From Acidobacteriota bacterium (GTDB lineage Bacteria > Acidobacteriota > Terriglobia > 2-12-FULL-54-10): 64,000 bases of DNA. Shown in pieces: positions 38,876 through 48,718 of the stretch (positions within the stretch are counted from its first letter, which is position 1; the number at the start of each line of letters is the position of its first letter). The notes under the pieces are model-generated. The model was not told where the DNA came from, did not search any database, and saw only the letters and a list, made by a program, of their open reading frames with translations. The stretch covers positions 7,960-71,959 of the forward strand of contig SHUM01000009.1 in the NCBI GenBank assembly GCA_009691245.1. The letters are read 5' to 3'. Position numbers and translations under genes: made by a program.

Positions 38876-40762
38876 ATGAGTGCAGCCCCAATCCTGATTG
38901 TTGCTTTGTGCGTGCTGGCCATTGGCTACCGCTATTACAGCGCGTTTCTGGCCGCCAAGGTGGCCGTGCTGGATGACTCGCGCGTTACGCCCGCGCATCG
39001 GCTGAACGATGGGCATAATTACCATCCCACGCACAAGTGGGTGCTGTTCGGGCATCACTTCGCGGCCATCTCCGGCGCGGGGCCGCTGGTGGGGCCGGTG
39101 CTGGCGGCGCAGTTTGGCTATCTGCCGGGATTAATCTGGCTGGTGGTGGGGGTGGTGCTGGCCGGGGCGGTGCAAGACTTCCTGGTGCTGGCGGCCTCCA
39201 CGCGCCGCAATGGACGGTCGCTGGCGGAGATTGCTCGCGAGGAGATTGGTCCGCTGGCAGGTGGCACGGCGGCCGTCGCCATTTTGTTCATCATATTCTG
39301 CGCGCTGGCCGGGTTGGGATTAGTTGTGGTGAAGGCTCTCGGCGGCGAAACCTTCGTCAAGCCTGACGGCACGGTCCTGCAGATCGCGGGCAGTTCCTGG
39401 GGAACCTTCACTATTTTTTGCACGGTACCCATCGCGCTCTTCGTGGGTCTCTACATGTACCGGCTACGCAAGGGGCATGTGGCGGAAGCCTCTGCCATCG
39501 GAGCGGTTCTGGTTCTGATTGCGACTTGGGCGGGCAGCTACATTCCCGGCTCGGTGCTCGCACCTTATTTCGACATGACCCAGAAGGAAGTGATTCTGGC
39601 CATCATGGCGTATGGCTTTCTGGCGTCAGTGCTGCCGGTGTGGGTTCTTCTCTGTCCGCGCGACTACCTATCCAGCTTCCTTAAGATCGGGACGATTGCG
39701 CTGCTGGTGATTGGCGTCGTGGTCGTAAACCCCACCTTGAAGATGCCGGCCGTTACCGAGTTTGCCGCGGGCGGAGGCCCGGTGCTTCCCGGCAAGGTGT
39801 TCCCGTTTGTGTTCATCACCATCATGTGCGGGGCGATCAGCGGCTTCCACGCGCTGGTCTCCAGCGGGACGACGCCCAAGATGATCGGCAAGGAGTCGGA
39901 TGCCCGCGTGATTGGTTACGGGGCGATGCTAATCGAGGGTTTGGTGGGCATCGTTTCCCTGATCGCCGCGTGCAGTCTGGCGCCGGGCGACTATTTCGCC
40001 ATCAACACGGATTTGAAAGCCGCCCCGCGCTTCGAGCAGAAATTCGCGGAACTGGGCTATCAGCCTTCTCAACTGCAACACTACGAACAGCAAACAGGAG
40101 AGCAGCTTCAGGGCCGAGCTGGCGGTGCGGTCTCGCTGGCCGTGGGTATCTCTCAGGTATTTTCCAGTATGCCGATTTTTGAAGCGCTGGTCAGCTTCTG
40201 GTTCCACTTCGCCATCATGTTCGAGGCGTTGTTCATTCTCACCACCATCGATACAGGCACTCGAATAGCCAGATTTCTCATACAGGAGATGGGCGGCAAA
40301 GTCTGGCCGCAGTTTGGCAAGCAGGACTGGATTCCCGGGACCATTATCTCCTCTGGGCTGACGGTGATGGGCTGGGGGTATCTCATCTGGACGGGGAACG
40401 TGGATACTATTTGGCCTATGTTTGGAATTGCCAACCAGTTGCTCGCGGTGGTGGCCCTGTCAGTTGCCGGGACGGTGATGGTCAACGCTGGCCGCGCCCG
40501 CTACCTCTGGGTGGTCGTCGCGCCGATGCTTTTCGTAACCACCACCACCATGACCGCGGGCGTTCAACTCATCCAGCGGTTCTGGGCGCTTACCAGCTCC
40601 AGCGTCGCCGGGGAGCCGTTTAAGGGGTATCTGAATACCTTTTTGATCGTTGGCATGATGATCTGCGTGGCGATCATTCTCTGTGAGTCTTTCCGCCGGT
40701 GGATTGGCCCCCGAGTTCAATCTGGGATTGCTTCAACTACTCCCGCCCAGGATACAGCATGA
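38876..40762 (+). CDS. cstA: carbon starvation protein A (peptide/pyruvate transporter family)
   Basis: 628-aa polytopic membrane protein with CstA family blocks (HFAAISGAGPLVGPVLAAQFGYLPG, GCS-like region). Confidence 0.9.
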   Translation: MSAAPILIVALCVLAIGYRYYSAFLAAKVAVLDDSRVTPAHRLNDGHNYHPTHKWVLFGHHFAAISGAGPLVGPVLAAQFGYLPGLIWLVVGVVLAGAVQDFLVLAASTRRNGRSLAEIAREEIGPLAGGTAAVAILFIIFCALAGLGLVVVKALGGETFVKPDGTVLQIAGSSWGTFTIFCTVPIALFVGLYMYRLRKGHVAEASAIGAVLVLIATWAGSYIPGSVLAPYFDMTQKEVILAIMAYGFLASVLPVWVLLCPRDYLSSFLKIGTIALLVIGVVVVNPTLKMPAVTEFAAGGGPVLPGKVFPFVFITIMCGAISGFHALVSSGTTPKMIGKESDARVIGYGAMLIEGLVGIVSLIAACSLAPGDYFAINTDLKAAPRFEQKFAELGYQPSQLQHYEQQTGEQLQGRAGGAVSLAVGISQVFSSMPIFEALVSFWFHFAIMFEALFILTTIDTGTRIARFLIQEMGGKVWPQFGKQDWIPGTIISSGLTVMGWGYLIWTGNVDTIWPMFGIANQLLAVVALSVAGTVMVNAGRARYLWVVVAPMLFVTTTTMTAGVQLIQRFWALTSSSVAGEPFKGYLNTFLIVGMMICVAIILCESFRRWIGPRVQSGIASTTPAQDTA

Positions 40763-41195
40763 ATACCTTGCATAAAATGGGATTCCGTTTTTGGTATTCC
40801 TGTCCCGGCGTTACCTCAAATGGACTTTTCAAGTTTGTGGCCGGATTGCCGTAAAAATTCCGCGACGGTGCTGAGTACCGATGGAACCGGAATGCGCGGA
40901 GGCATCCACTTACCCCCCAAGTGTTCCTGGATGTCGTCTGCTGATAGCCTGTATCTAATTGATAATAAAAGATGTTATATCTCTGGTATTTTTACTTCGA
41001 AATAAAGAGTTGACCCACCTTTGCGGCCTAGGTTAACCTTTCGTAGTTCTAATTAATAGGTAGCAGCGAGCGCACACGACGGGTTTTGTACAGTGCCTCC
41101 CAAAGAGCCAGACTTTTTGATATTGACGGGGACGCATTGAACGCGGGATCGGCGATAATGAAGGCACCGTGCGCATTCCAGGTTTGAGTGATTGA

Positions 41196-43178
41196 ATGAG
41201 AGCTAAATCACATTTTGCGCTGTTGAAACTCGCGCCCATGCTTGCCTTGGGGTTTGCCTTCGGCTGTAGTTCAGCTCCGAAGCGCGCCTACGTTCCACCG
41301 GCAGCTCCGCCGCCCAAGCCTGCGCCAATTATTGCCGCTACCCTGCCTGCTTCCAGGCTGCCGATCACCCTGAATTTCTCTGGAATTCCGGAGCAGCCTA
41401 GGTTTGATCCCATCCAGGATGTGATCGAAAAGGCGGAATCGGCCTTTGAGCGGGGCCGTAAGAGCTATGCAGCCGGACATTTGGAGACCGCCAAGTCGGA
41501 ATTTAATATCGCCATCAACACTATTCTCCAATCGCCGGTTTCTGCGCGAGAAGACCGTAGGATTCAGACTGCTTTTGATTCTCTGGTTGATCGTATCCAT
41601 AACTATGAGATGGACGCCCTGCGCGCAGGCGACGGATTTGCAGAGCCGGGATATATGCCTGCTCCCATTGATGAGCTCCAAAGCTTGACGTTTCAGGATG
41701 ACGATCAGGGGTCGCAGGTGCTTAACGGTAACCCGAAGACTCCGTTGCGCTCGACTATGCCGCTGGTCATCAACAGTCAGGTTTCTGGGTACATCAACTA
41801 TTTCACCAACGGCAAGGGTAGGTACACCCTCCAGGCGGCCATGCAGCGCTCAGGCCGTTTCCGGGACATGATCTTCCGTGTCTTTGACGAAGAGAAAGTA
41901 CCTCGCGAGTTAATCTTCCTGGCCCAGGCTGAGTCTGGCTTTCAGCCCCGCGCGCGATCGGTGAAGGCCGCGATGGGCATGTGGCAGTTCATCTCCGGGA
42001 CGGGCAAGCTTTATGGGTTGGAGCGGACTTGGTGGGAGGATGAACGACTGAATCCTGAGGAAGCCACGCGCGCCGCCGCCCGCCATCTTGGCGATCTGTA
42101 TGATTCGCTCGGTGACTGGTATCTCGCGATGGCCGCGTACAATTGCGGCGAATTCTGCGTCTCCCGCGCGGTCGAGCGCACCGGCTACGCCGACTTCTGG
42201 GAACTGTCCCGGCGCAATGCGCTGCCCAAGGAAACGCGCAATTATGTGCCTCTGATCATCGCCTTGACGATTGTCGGCAGCAACCCGGAAAAATATGGGG
42301 TGAACGACATCATCTTCGAGCCTACTTGGGCATTTGATGTCGTGACGATTAATGAGCCGGTTGATCTTCGGCTGGTGGCAGAAATCGTGGGCTCCAACGT
42401 GGAGGAGATTCGAGAGTTGAATCCCAGCTTGCTTAGAAATACGACCCCCAAAGTTCCCGAGTTCCGCCTCCGCCTGCCGCTGGCCACCCGCGATATTTTC
42501 CTGAAGCGAGTCGCCATGATCCCACGGGAGAAGCGTGTTTTCTGGAGATGGCACACGGTTCGCCACGGCGAGACGCTTTCGGGCATCGCCAAGAAGTATA
42601 AAACTGCCGTGCAATCCATCGCGCAAATGAACAGTATCGATGCGGACGTCCCGCTGCGAGAAGCTGACGATCTCGTGATTCCTGTAGGCAATACTCGCCC
42701 GGAGCAGGAACCCACTGTCTCCCGGAGCGGAGCCAATAAGGGAAATAACGGGATCCATGTGGTCCGCCGGAATGAGTCCTTATCGCTGATTGCACGCCGC
42801 TATGGTATCTCCACCCAACAACTGAAGGATCTGAACAACATGGCGGATACTGTTATCCGCGTTGGGCAGCGATTGGTTGTGCGCGAAGTGGATGCGGGAG
42901 TCGAGAGAGAAGCGAATGGAACACTAGCGGCTTCCACAAACTCATCTGCGAAAGCTCCCGACTCTCCAGCAGAATCCACGCGCCGGATTGCTTCGACCGC
43001 CTCGAATGCGAGCGTTGAAACCACAGGCCGATTGGTTCATCGGGTGCAAAATGGAGAATCGCTTTGGCAGATCGCCAGCAGCTACAACACCACGGTTGAA
43101 GTCCTGAGAAAAAATAACAGGCACCTGAAAAAAAGTCTCCGGATTGGGGACCCTGTCTATATTCCTTCCGCGCGATAG
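41196..43178 (+). CDS. membrane-bound lytic murein transglycosylase D-like lipoprotein (SLT domain + 3 LysM)
   Basis: Lipobox LALGFAFGCSS, SLT catalytic block (AQAESGFQPRARSVKAAMGMWQF...AAYNCG) and three LysM repeats (HTVRHGETLSGIAKKY, HVVRRNESLSLIARRY, HRVQNGESLWQIASSY). Confidence 0.85.
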   Translation: MRAKSHFALLKLAPMLALGFAFGCSSAPKRAYVPPAAPPPKPAPIIAATLPASRLPITLNFSGIPEQPRFDPIQDVIEKAESAFERGRKSYAAGHLETAKSEFNIAINTILQSPVSAREDRRIQTAFDSLVDRIHNYEMDALRAGDGFAEPGYMPAPIDELQSLTFQDDDQGSQVLNGNPKTPLRSTMPLVINSQVSGYINYFTNGKGRYTLQAAMQRSGRFRDMIFRVFDEEKVPRELIFLAQAESGFQPRARSVKAAMGMWQFISGTGKLYGLERTWWEDERLNPEEATRAAARHLGDLYDSLGDWYLAMAAYNCGEFCVSRAVERTGYADFWELSRRNALPKETRNYVPLIIALTIVGSNPEKYGVNDIIFEPTWAFDVVTINEPVDLRLVAEIVGSNVEEIRELNPSLLRNTTPKVPEFRLRLPLATRDIFLKRVAMIPREKRVFWRWHTVRHGETLSGIAKKYKTAVQSIAQMNSIDADVPLREADDLVIPVGNTRPEQEPTVSRSGANKGNNGIHVVRRNESLSLIARRYGISTQQLKDLNNMADTVIRVGQRLVVREVDAGVEREANGTLAASTNSSAKAPDSPAESTRRIASTASNASVETTGRLVHRVQNGESLWQIASSYNTTVEVLRKNNRHLKKSLRIGDPVYIPSAR

Positions 43179-43372
43179 GCTATCGTGTTTTTTCTAGCTT
43201 TGGTTACGGACGCTTTCCACCAAGATTTCCTTGTCAGACCCAGTGTCAAATTCAGGCAGTATCCGAAATTTCTGCGGGTGCGTTTGCTAATCGGTTCTCA
43301 TTCCGAAAAGTTAATGACTATTAGGCCGCAGGCATATGCTGCGTAGACGAATAATAGTATGGAGAAAGTTTG

Positions 43373-44260
43373 ATGCCCAAACGCGTACGTAAGGCGGTAT
43401 TTCCAGCAGCGGGTCTTGGGACGCGTTTTCTGCCCGCCACCAAAGCGCAACCGAAAGAGATGCTGCCGTTGGTGGACAAGCCGATCATTCAATATGCGGT
43501 TGAAGAAGCCCTCGAGTCGGGTATCGAAACCATCATTATCGTAACCGGCCGGGGCAAGAATGCGATTGAAGATCACTTCGACGTTTCCTTTGAGCTTGAG
43601 AAAAACCTGGAAGCCAGAGGCAAGCATGACCTGCTCAAGCAGGTCCGCAGCATCTCCGATCTCATGCAAATCTGCTACGTTCGCCAAAAGGAAGCCCTCG
43701 GCCTGGGCCACGCGATTCTGATGGCGCGCGACCTGGTCGGTGACGAACCATTCGCGGTCCTGCTGGGCGACGATGTCATCGACGCGCCCACGCCGTGTCT
43801 CCGCCAGCTAATCGATGTGCATACGGAAACGAATGCCTCCGTAATCGCTATTCAACAAATTGCGTCCGAAAAGATTTCAAGCTACGGCGTCATCTCCGCC
43901 GCGCCGCTGCCTCATGCCAGTGGGCCTGACCGCCTGTTCAAAATTAATGATTTGGTCGAGAAGCCCCCCGCCGCGCAAGCTCCCTCCAATCTGGCGATTA
44001 TCGGGCGCTATATTTTAGAACCACAAATCTTTGAAGCCCTGGCCACCACACCGGCTGGCGCTGGCGGTGAGATACAGCTCACGGATGCACTGCGAACCTT
44101 GCTTCGCAGCCATCCCATTTACGGCTATCGCTTCGAGGGCACCCGCTACGACACCGGCGACAAACTCGGCTTCCTCACCGCCACCGTCGAATTCGCCCTG
44201 CGCCGCCCCGACCTCGGCCCCGCATTCAGGGAATATCTAAAGTCCTTGCGCCTGACGTAA
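43373..44260 (+). CDS. galU: UTP--glucose-1-phosphate uridylyltransferase
   Basis: KAVFPAAGLGTRFLPATKAQPKEMLPLVDKP is the canonical GalU N-terminus. GGAG RBS before the ATG at 43373. Confidence 0.9.
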   Translation: MPKRVRKAVFPAAGLGTRFLPATKAQPKEMLPLVDKPIIQYAVEEALESGIETIIIVTGRGKNAIEDHFDVSFELEKNLEARGKHDLLKQVRSISDLMQICYVRQKEALGLGHAILMARDLVGDEPFAVLLGDDVIDAPTPCLRQLIDVHTETNASVIAIQQIASEKISSYGVISAAPLPHASGPDRLFKINDLVEKPPAAQAPSNLAIIGRYILEPQIFEALATTPAGAGGEIQLTDALRTLLRSHPIYGYRFEGTRYDTGDKLGFLTATVEFALRRPDLGPAFREYLKSLRLT

Positions 44261-44319
44261 CTGATTGCGACCGGCTTCGTTGGATTCCATCCTTTGGCAT
44301 TCGATTTCACGAATTGGCT

Positions 44320-44913
44320 TCAGCGGTGGCGGGCCTCCAGAAGACTTGCCGCGTCCTCCTGAATCGCTTGAGGGATGCTGACCTGTTCGCCGACTTCAGG
44401 GACGATGCGAATGCGCAGCGTTTCCGTTTCGCGGTGCAGTCGCCTATCCAGCAGAACTCCGCCAATCACGCCGCCGAGTATGCCAACTGCTGCTCCTGTA
44501 ACTACTCCCCTGATGCCATGTAACTCGCTGCCAATCCTTCCGCCGATCAGCATCCCGGATTGCCTCCCTGCATCCACTACGGCCCGTGAGACACCTGAGG
44601 ATCCCCGCGATTTTTTTGAATAGAGCTCGATTTCCAAAATCGATTCTCGGGCAAATGTTCTTTTGCCCTTCGGGACGGCCTGCGGGTCCGATGTTTTCTT
44701 TACGTCTATTTCGAGTTCGCTGCCCCGGATGGCCACCGCGCGCCCTCGCACAAAGCTACCAGTTTTCAAAATGACTCCCATCTCTTTCCCCACCGAGGAA
44801 AGAATGCCGCTCCACGGCCGATACACGATGAGATCATCCTGTGCCCTGGCGGCGGTCGCCATTAGCCCTGAGGCCAATATAGTTACTGTGATAATCGTTT
44901 GGATTTTGTTCAT
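44320..44913 (-). CDS. hypothetical secreted protein with C-terminal glycine-zipper-like segment
   Basis: Signal peptide MNKIQTIITVTILASGLMATAARA and a Gly-rich hydrophobic stretch (GAAVGILGGVIGGVLL). No confident family. Confidence 0.45.
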   Translation of the reverse strand: MNKIQTIITVTILASGLMATAARAQDDLIVYRPWSGILSSVGKEMGVILKTGSFVRGRAVAIRGSELEIDVKKTSDPQAVPKGKRTFARESILEIELYSKKSRGSSGVSRAVVDAGRQSGMLIGGRIGSELHGIRGVVTGAAVGILGGVIGGVLLDRRLHRETETLRIRIVPEVGEQVSIPQAIQEDAASLLEARHR

Positions 44914-45073
44914 GATTCAACGTCCTTTCCTAAATAGGTTCGTGCTCTCAAGATAGAGAATGCCGGTTTGCGGATTGTGCTGCCAGCGGGAGGATGACAC
45001 TTTCTTCTCTGTCATAGCGGAACACCGGAGCTAGAATGATTGAGCGGTGGGACCGCAACGGGAGGCAGCCTGA

Positions 45074-45964
45074 TTGGATATTCAAATTAACAGGCGGAGC
45101 GACGTGCCGGTACGCGAGCAGCTATCCGAGCAAGTGATCTACATGATTGTCACCGGGAGATGGAAGTCCGGTGCGCCGCTGCCCAGCGTGCGCGAATTGG
45201 CGCGGCGGCTGGGCATTCATCACAACACGGTCAGCGAGTCTTATTCAAAGCTAGTGGAGCGCGGATGGCTGGTCCGTCGGCGGGGAAGCCGTCTGCTGGT
45301 GCGCTCGGCTGAGATGGCCTCCGAGGTTCGCGCCAACGGCCTGGAGGAGTTGGTCAACGCGATGATCAGCTTCTCGCGGGAGCAGAAATGGAGTTTGCAG
45401 GAGTTGCGCACACGCTTGCTGGACCGTCTGATGGTCGAGCCTGCCGACCACATCCTGATCGTCGAGCCGGAGGACGGGCTGCGCAAACTCCTACAGGCGG
45501 AACTAAAAGCCGCCTTGAAGATTCCCGTAAATAGTTGTTCGGTCGCAGAGTTGGCAGGACAACCGAATCTGCTCATTGGCGCGCAGGTGGCCGCTCCCAA
45601 TTATCTGGCTAAAGACGTTAAGCCGCTGGTGCCTAAATCACGTCCGCTGGTGGAGTTGCGCTTCGGCACTATTGAACAGGCGCGCGGGCGGATTCTCCAA
45701 CTCACTCAGCCCGCGCTGATCGCTATGATCTCCGTGAGCCCTGCCATTCTTATGATGGCCCGCAGTTTGTTTGCACCTGCCGAACGGCTGGGGCACACCC
45801 TGATGACGTACTCTTTCCCGATGGAGAATCCATCGGAACTGCGCGTTGTGGATTTGGTCATCTGTGATTCGCTGTCCTTCAAGCAAGTACGCAATCCCCG
45901 CGCCATCGAATTTCGAGTGATCTCCGAGGACTCCATCCAATCGCTATCAGCCGCGATGAAATAG
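45074..45964 (+). CDS. GntR-family transcriptional regulator with C-terminal effector domain
   Basis: N-terminal winged HTH (PLPSVRELARRLGIHHNTVSESYSKLVERGWL) plus a sugar-binding-like C-terminus. Confidence 0.75.
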   Translation: MDIQINRRSDVPVREQLSEQVIYMIVTGRWKSGAPLPSVRELARRLGIHHNTVSESYSKLVERGWLVRRRGSRLLVRSAEMASEVRANGLEELVNAMISFSREQKWSLQELRTRLLDRLMVEPADHILIVEPEDGLRKLLQAELKAALKIPVNSCSVAELAGQPNLLIGAQVAAPNYLAKDVKPLVPKSRPLVELRFGTIEQARGRILQLTQPALIAMISVSPAILMMARSLFAPAERLGHTLMTYSFPMENPSELRVVDLVICDSLSFKQVRNPRAIEFRVISEDSIQSLSAAMK

Positions 45965-45993
45965 ATTGCTTGAACGGGTATTGTTTTGTGGCT

Positions 45994-47052
45994 TTAGATT
46001 ACGAGGATGGTGCTGGCGGATTTTTCGATGGCCCGGCCGATGATGTGAGCGGGAGTACCGCTCTCTTGCAGCGCTGATTCCAGCGCCGCGGCATGTTGTG
46101 TGGCGACGGAGATCAGCAGGCCGCCGGAGGTTTGCGGGTCATAGAGAAGTGTTTCGATTTCAGGGCTGACGGATGCGCCGAGGGAAACTGCGCACGAAAC
46201 AAACTCCTGATTGTTCTTTAGTCCACCCGGAACCGCGTCCAGCCGAATGGCATCGATCGCCCCGGGCAGCGCGTCTATTTTGGAATGGTCGATTTCCAAA
46301 GTTACATTGCTGGCCACGGCCATCTCTCGCGCGTGGCCGAGCAGGCCGAAGCCGGTGATGTCCGTGGCGGCGTGAACGGAATAGCCCGTGGCTTCTGAAA
46401 GCCGAATCGCGATTTCTCCCGCCGCGCGGTTCAGCGTGCTCATGGACTCAATGGCCGCCGCCGCCCAATCCGGCTGGGCTTGCTTGCGCTTTACAGCGGT
46501 CGAGATGACTCCAGTCCCAAGTTTCTTGGTGAGAATCAGAGCATCGCCCGGACGCGCCCCACCATTGGTCCAAATGTGATCCGGATGAACGGTGCCTGTA
46601 ACCGAGTAGCCGAATTTAATCTCCTCATCGCGCACGCTATGCCCGCCGATTACGCTGCACCCAGCTTCCAGCATCTTGTCGAGGCCGCCGCGAAGTATCT
46701 GGCCCAGCACGTCCAGGTCGCCGCTTTCCGGATACGCGAGCACCGACAGCGCGGTGATGGGCTTGCCGCCCATCGCGTAAACATCGCTGAGCGAGTTGGC
46801 CGCCGCGATCTGCCCATAGGTGTAGGGGTCGTCGACAATCGGTGTGAAGAAATCGACAGTCAGGACTAGCGCCAGCGCATCGCTGAGGCGATACACTCCG
46901 GCGTCGTCGGCTTTGTCGAAGCCGATCAGCACGTTCTTGTCAGTCTGCCGGGGGAGCTTCCCCAGCACAGCGTCCAAAACCTTTGGACTCAATTTCGACG
47001 CTCAGCCGGCCGCTTTCACGGCGGCAGTCAAGCCAACTTTTTCTGCGCTCAT
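45994..47052 (-). CDS. selD: selenide, water dikinase SelD, selenocysteine-containing (UGA-Sec at codon 17)
   Basis: The ORF track stops at TTG (46992). The frame continues upstream through TGA (47002-47004) to an ATG at 47052, giving MSAEKVGLTAAVKAAG-U-ASKLSPKVLDAVL. This aligns with the E. coli [26 protein letters not shown] N-terminus, with U at the catalytic Cys17 position. The rest is a typical SelD/PurM-like fold. Confidence 0.8.
46972..46988 (-). promoter_or_regulatory. candidate bacterial SECIS hairpin downstream of the selD UGA
   Basis: mRNA GUCCAAA-GGU-UUUGGAC is a perfect 6-7 bp stem with a GGU-containing apical loop. It starts 13 nt 3' of the UGA, the same spacing and loop features as the E. 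coli fdhF SECIS. Confidence 0.45.
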
Positions 47053-47154
47053 ATATGCCGATTGTAACAGGTCTCGTAAGGACTGTGATTGCCAACCATG
47101 CGCTGGCCCGCAGTCCTCGCGACTCACCTCGGGCGAGTTCCTGGCGCGGACTCT

Positions 47155-47190
47155 TGCCCGACTCCTGCCCGACTCCTGCCCGACTCCTGC
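47155..47190. repeat. 11-bp tandem repeat (TGCCCGACTCC x3.3, plus one degenerate copy upstream) in the divergent selD/proS intergenic region
   Basis: Direct adjacent copies are visible in the sequence between the selD start (47052) and the proS start (47199). Confidence 0.6.
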
Positions 47191-47198
47191 TATGATAT

Positions 47199-48665
47199 TT
47201 GTCTATGGCAGACAAGACTAGGATCACACCCCGCGCCGAGAATTTCGCGCGCTGGTACAAGGACGTAATCCAACAAGCCGAGTTGGCCGAGGCGGCCGAA
47301 GTGGTGAAGGGCTGCATGGTGATTCGTCCGCATGGCTACGCCATCTGGGAGCGCCTGCAGGCCGAGCTCGATAGCCGCTTCAAGGCCACGGGCCATCAGA
47401 ACGCCTACTTCCCGCTGCTGATCCCCATGAGCTTCATCAAGAAAGAGGCCGAGCACGTGGAGGGCTTCGCGCCTGAACTGGCCGTCGTAACCATCGCCGG
47501 CGGCGAGACGCTGGAGGATCCCTACGTCATTCGCCCCACGTCGGAGACCATCATCGGCTACTTCTACGCCAAGTGGATTAAGAGTTGGCGCGATCTGCCG
47601 GTGTTGATCAATCAATGGGCTAACGTCGTCCGCTGGGAGCTGCGCACGCGCATGTTCCTGCGTACCACTGAGTTCCTCTGGCAGGAGGGCCACACCGCGC
47701 ACGCCACGCAGCAGGAGGCCGAAGAGGAAGCGCGCCGCATGTTGGATGTTTACGCTGACGTCGCCGAGAACATCATGGCCATGCCCGTCATACGCGGGAT
47801 CAAGTCCCAGGCCGAGCGCTTCGCCGGCGCCACGCGTTCGTTCTGTATTGAAGCAATGATGCAGAACGGCCTCGCGCTGCAAGCCGGGACCAGCCATGAA
47901 CTCGGGCAGAACTTCGCCAAAGCCTTCGAAATTCGTTTTCAGAACAAGTCGGGCGAGCTGGAGTTCGCCTGGCAGACAAGCTGGGGTGTATCCACGCGTC
48001 TGCTGGGAGGCTTAATTATGAGCCACTCGGATGATCGCGGACTTGTGCTGCCACCGAAGTTAGCGCCAGTTCAGACGGTCATCATCCCCATCTATCGCAA
48101 GGACGAGGAGCGCAGCGCCGTCCTTGAAAAAGTTCAGCAGATTACTCTCGAGCTGCGAGCGGCGGGTGTCGCCGTTACCGCCGATGACCGCGAGGGCTAC
48201 ACGCCGGGGAATAAGTTTTTCCACTGGGAGCAACACGGAGTTCCGGTGGTGATTGAGCTGGGACCGCGTGACCTGGCAGCGGGCAACGTGGTGTTCCGCC
48301 GCCGCGACGCAGCGGAGAAGCAGACCGTTCCCGCCGACGGCCTGGCGGCCGTAGTGGTGCGCACGCTCGACCAGATGCAGACGGAGATGCTGGAGGCCGC
48401 CCGCAAACGCCGCGCGGACAACACCGTGCTGGCAGGAAGTCTGGAGGAAGTCCGCGCGATCCTTGAGTCAGCGACGGCGGAGAAGGGCGGCGGTAAGTTT
48501 GTGATGGCTCATCTGAAAGATGACAAAAGCTGCGACGCGCGCCTGAAGGAGTTCAAAGCCAGCGTGCGCTGCATTCCTCTGGAAGACCACTACGACGGCC
48601 CGGGTCCGTGCCTGATAACCGGCGAGACGGTGCCGCACCGCGTGGTCATCGCCAAATCCTATTAG
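47199..48665 (+). CDS. proS: proline--tRNA ligase (archaeal/eukaryotic-type class II ProRS)
   Basis: 488 aa with class II aaRS motifs, a ProRS anticodon-binding domain and a C-terminal Zn-binding-like domain. The N-terminus [22 protein letters not shown] is typical. Confidence 0.9.
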   Translation: MSMADKTRITPRAENFARWYKDVIQQAELAEAAEVVKGCMVIRPHGYAIWERLQAELDSRFKATGHQNAYFPLLIPMSFIKKEAEHVEGFAPELAVVTIAGGETLEDPYVIRPTSETIIGYFYAKWIKSWRDLPVLINQWANVVRWELRTRMFLRTTEFLWQEGHTAHATQQEAEEEARRMLDVYADVAENIMAMPVIRGIKSQAERFAGATRSFCIEAMMQNGLALQAGTSHELGQNFAKAFEIRFQNKSGELEFAWQTSWGVSTRLLGGLIMSHSDDRGLVLPPKLAPVQTVIIPIYRKDEERSAVLEKVQQITLELRAAGVAVTADDREGYTPGNKFFHWEQHGVPVVIELGPRDLAAGNVVFRRRDAAEKQTVPADGLAAVVVRTLDQMQTEMLEAARKRRADNTVLAGSLEEVRAILESATAEKGGGKFVMAHLKDDKSCDARLKEFKASVRCIPLEDHYDGPGPCLITGETVPHRVVIAKSY

Positions 48666-48718
48666 GAGATATTTGGTGGACTTGCGAGGTGACTTTCCGG
48701 TCGCCTCGCGACCCGCAA

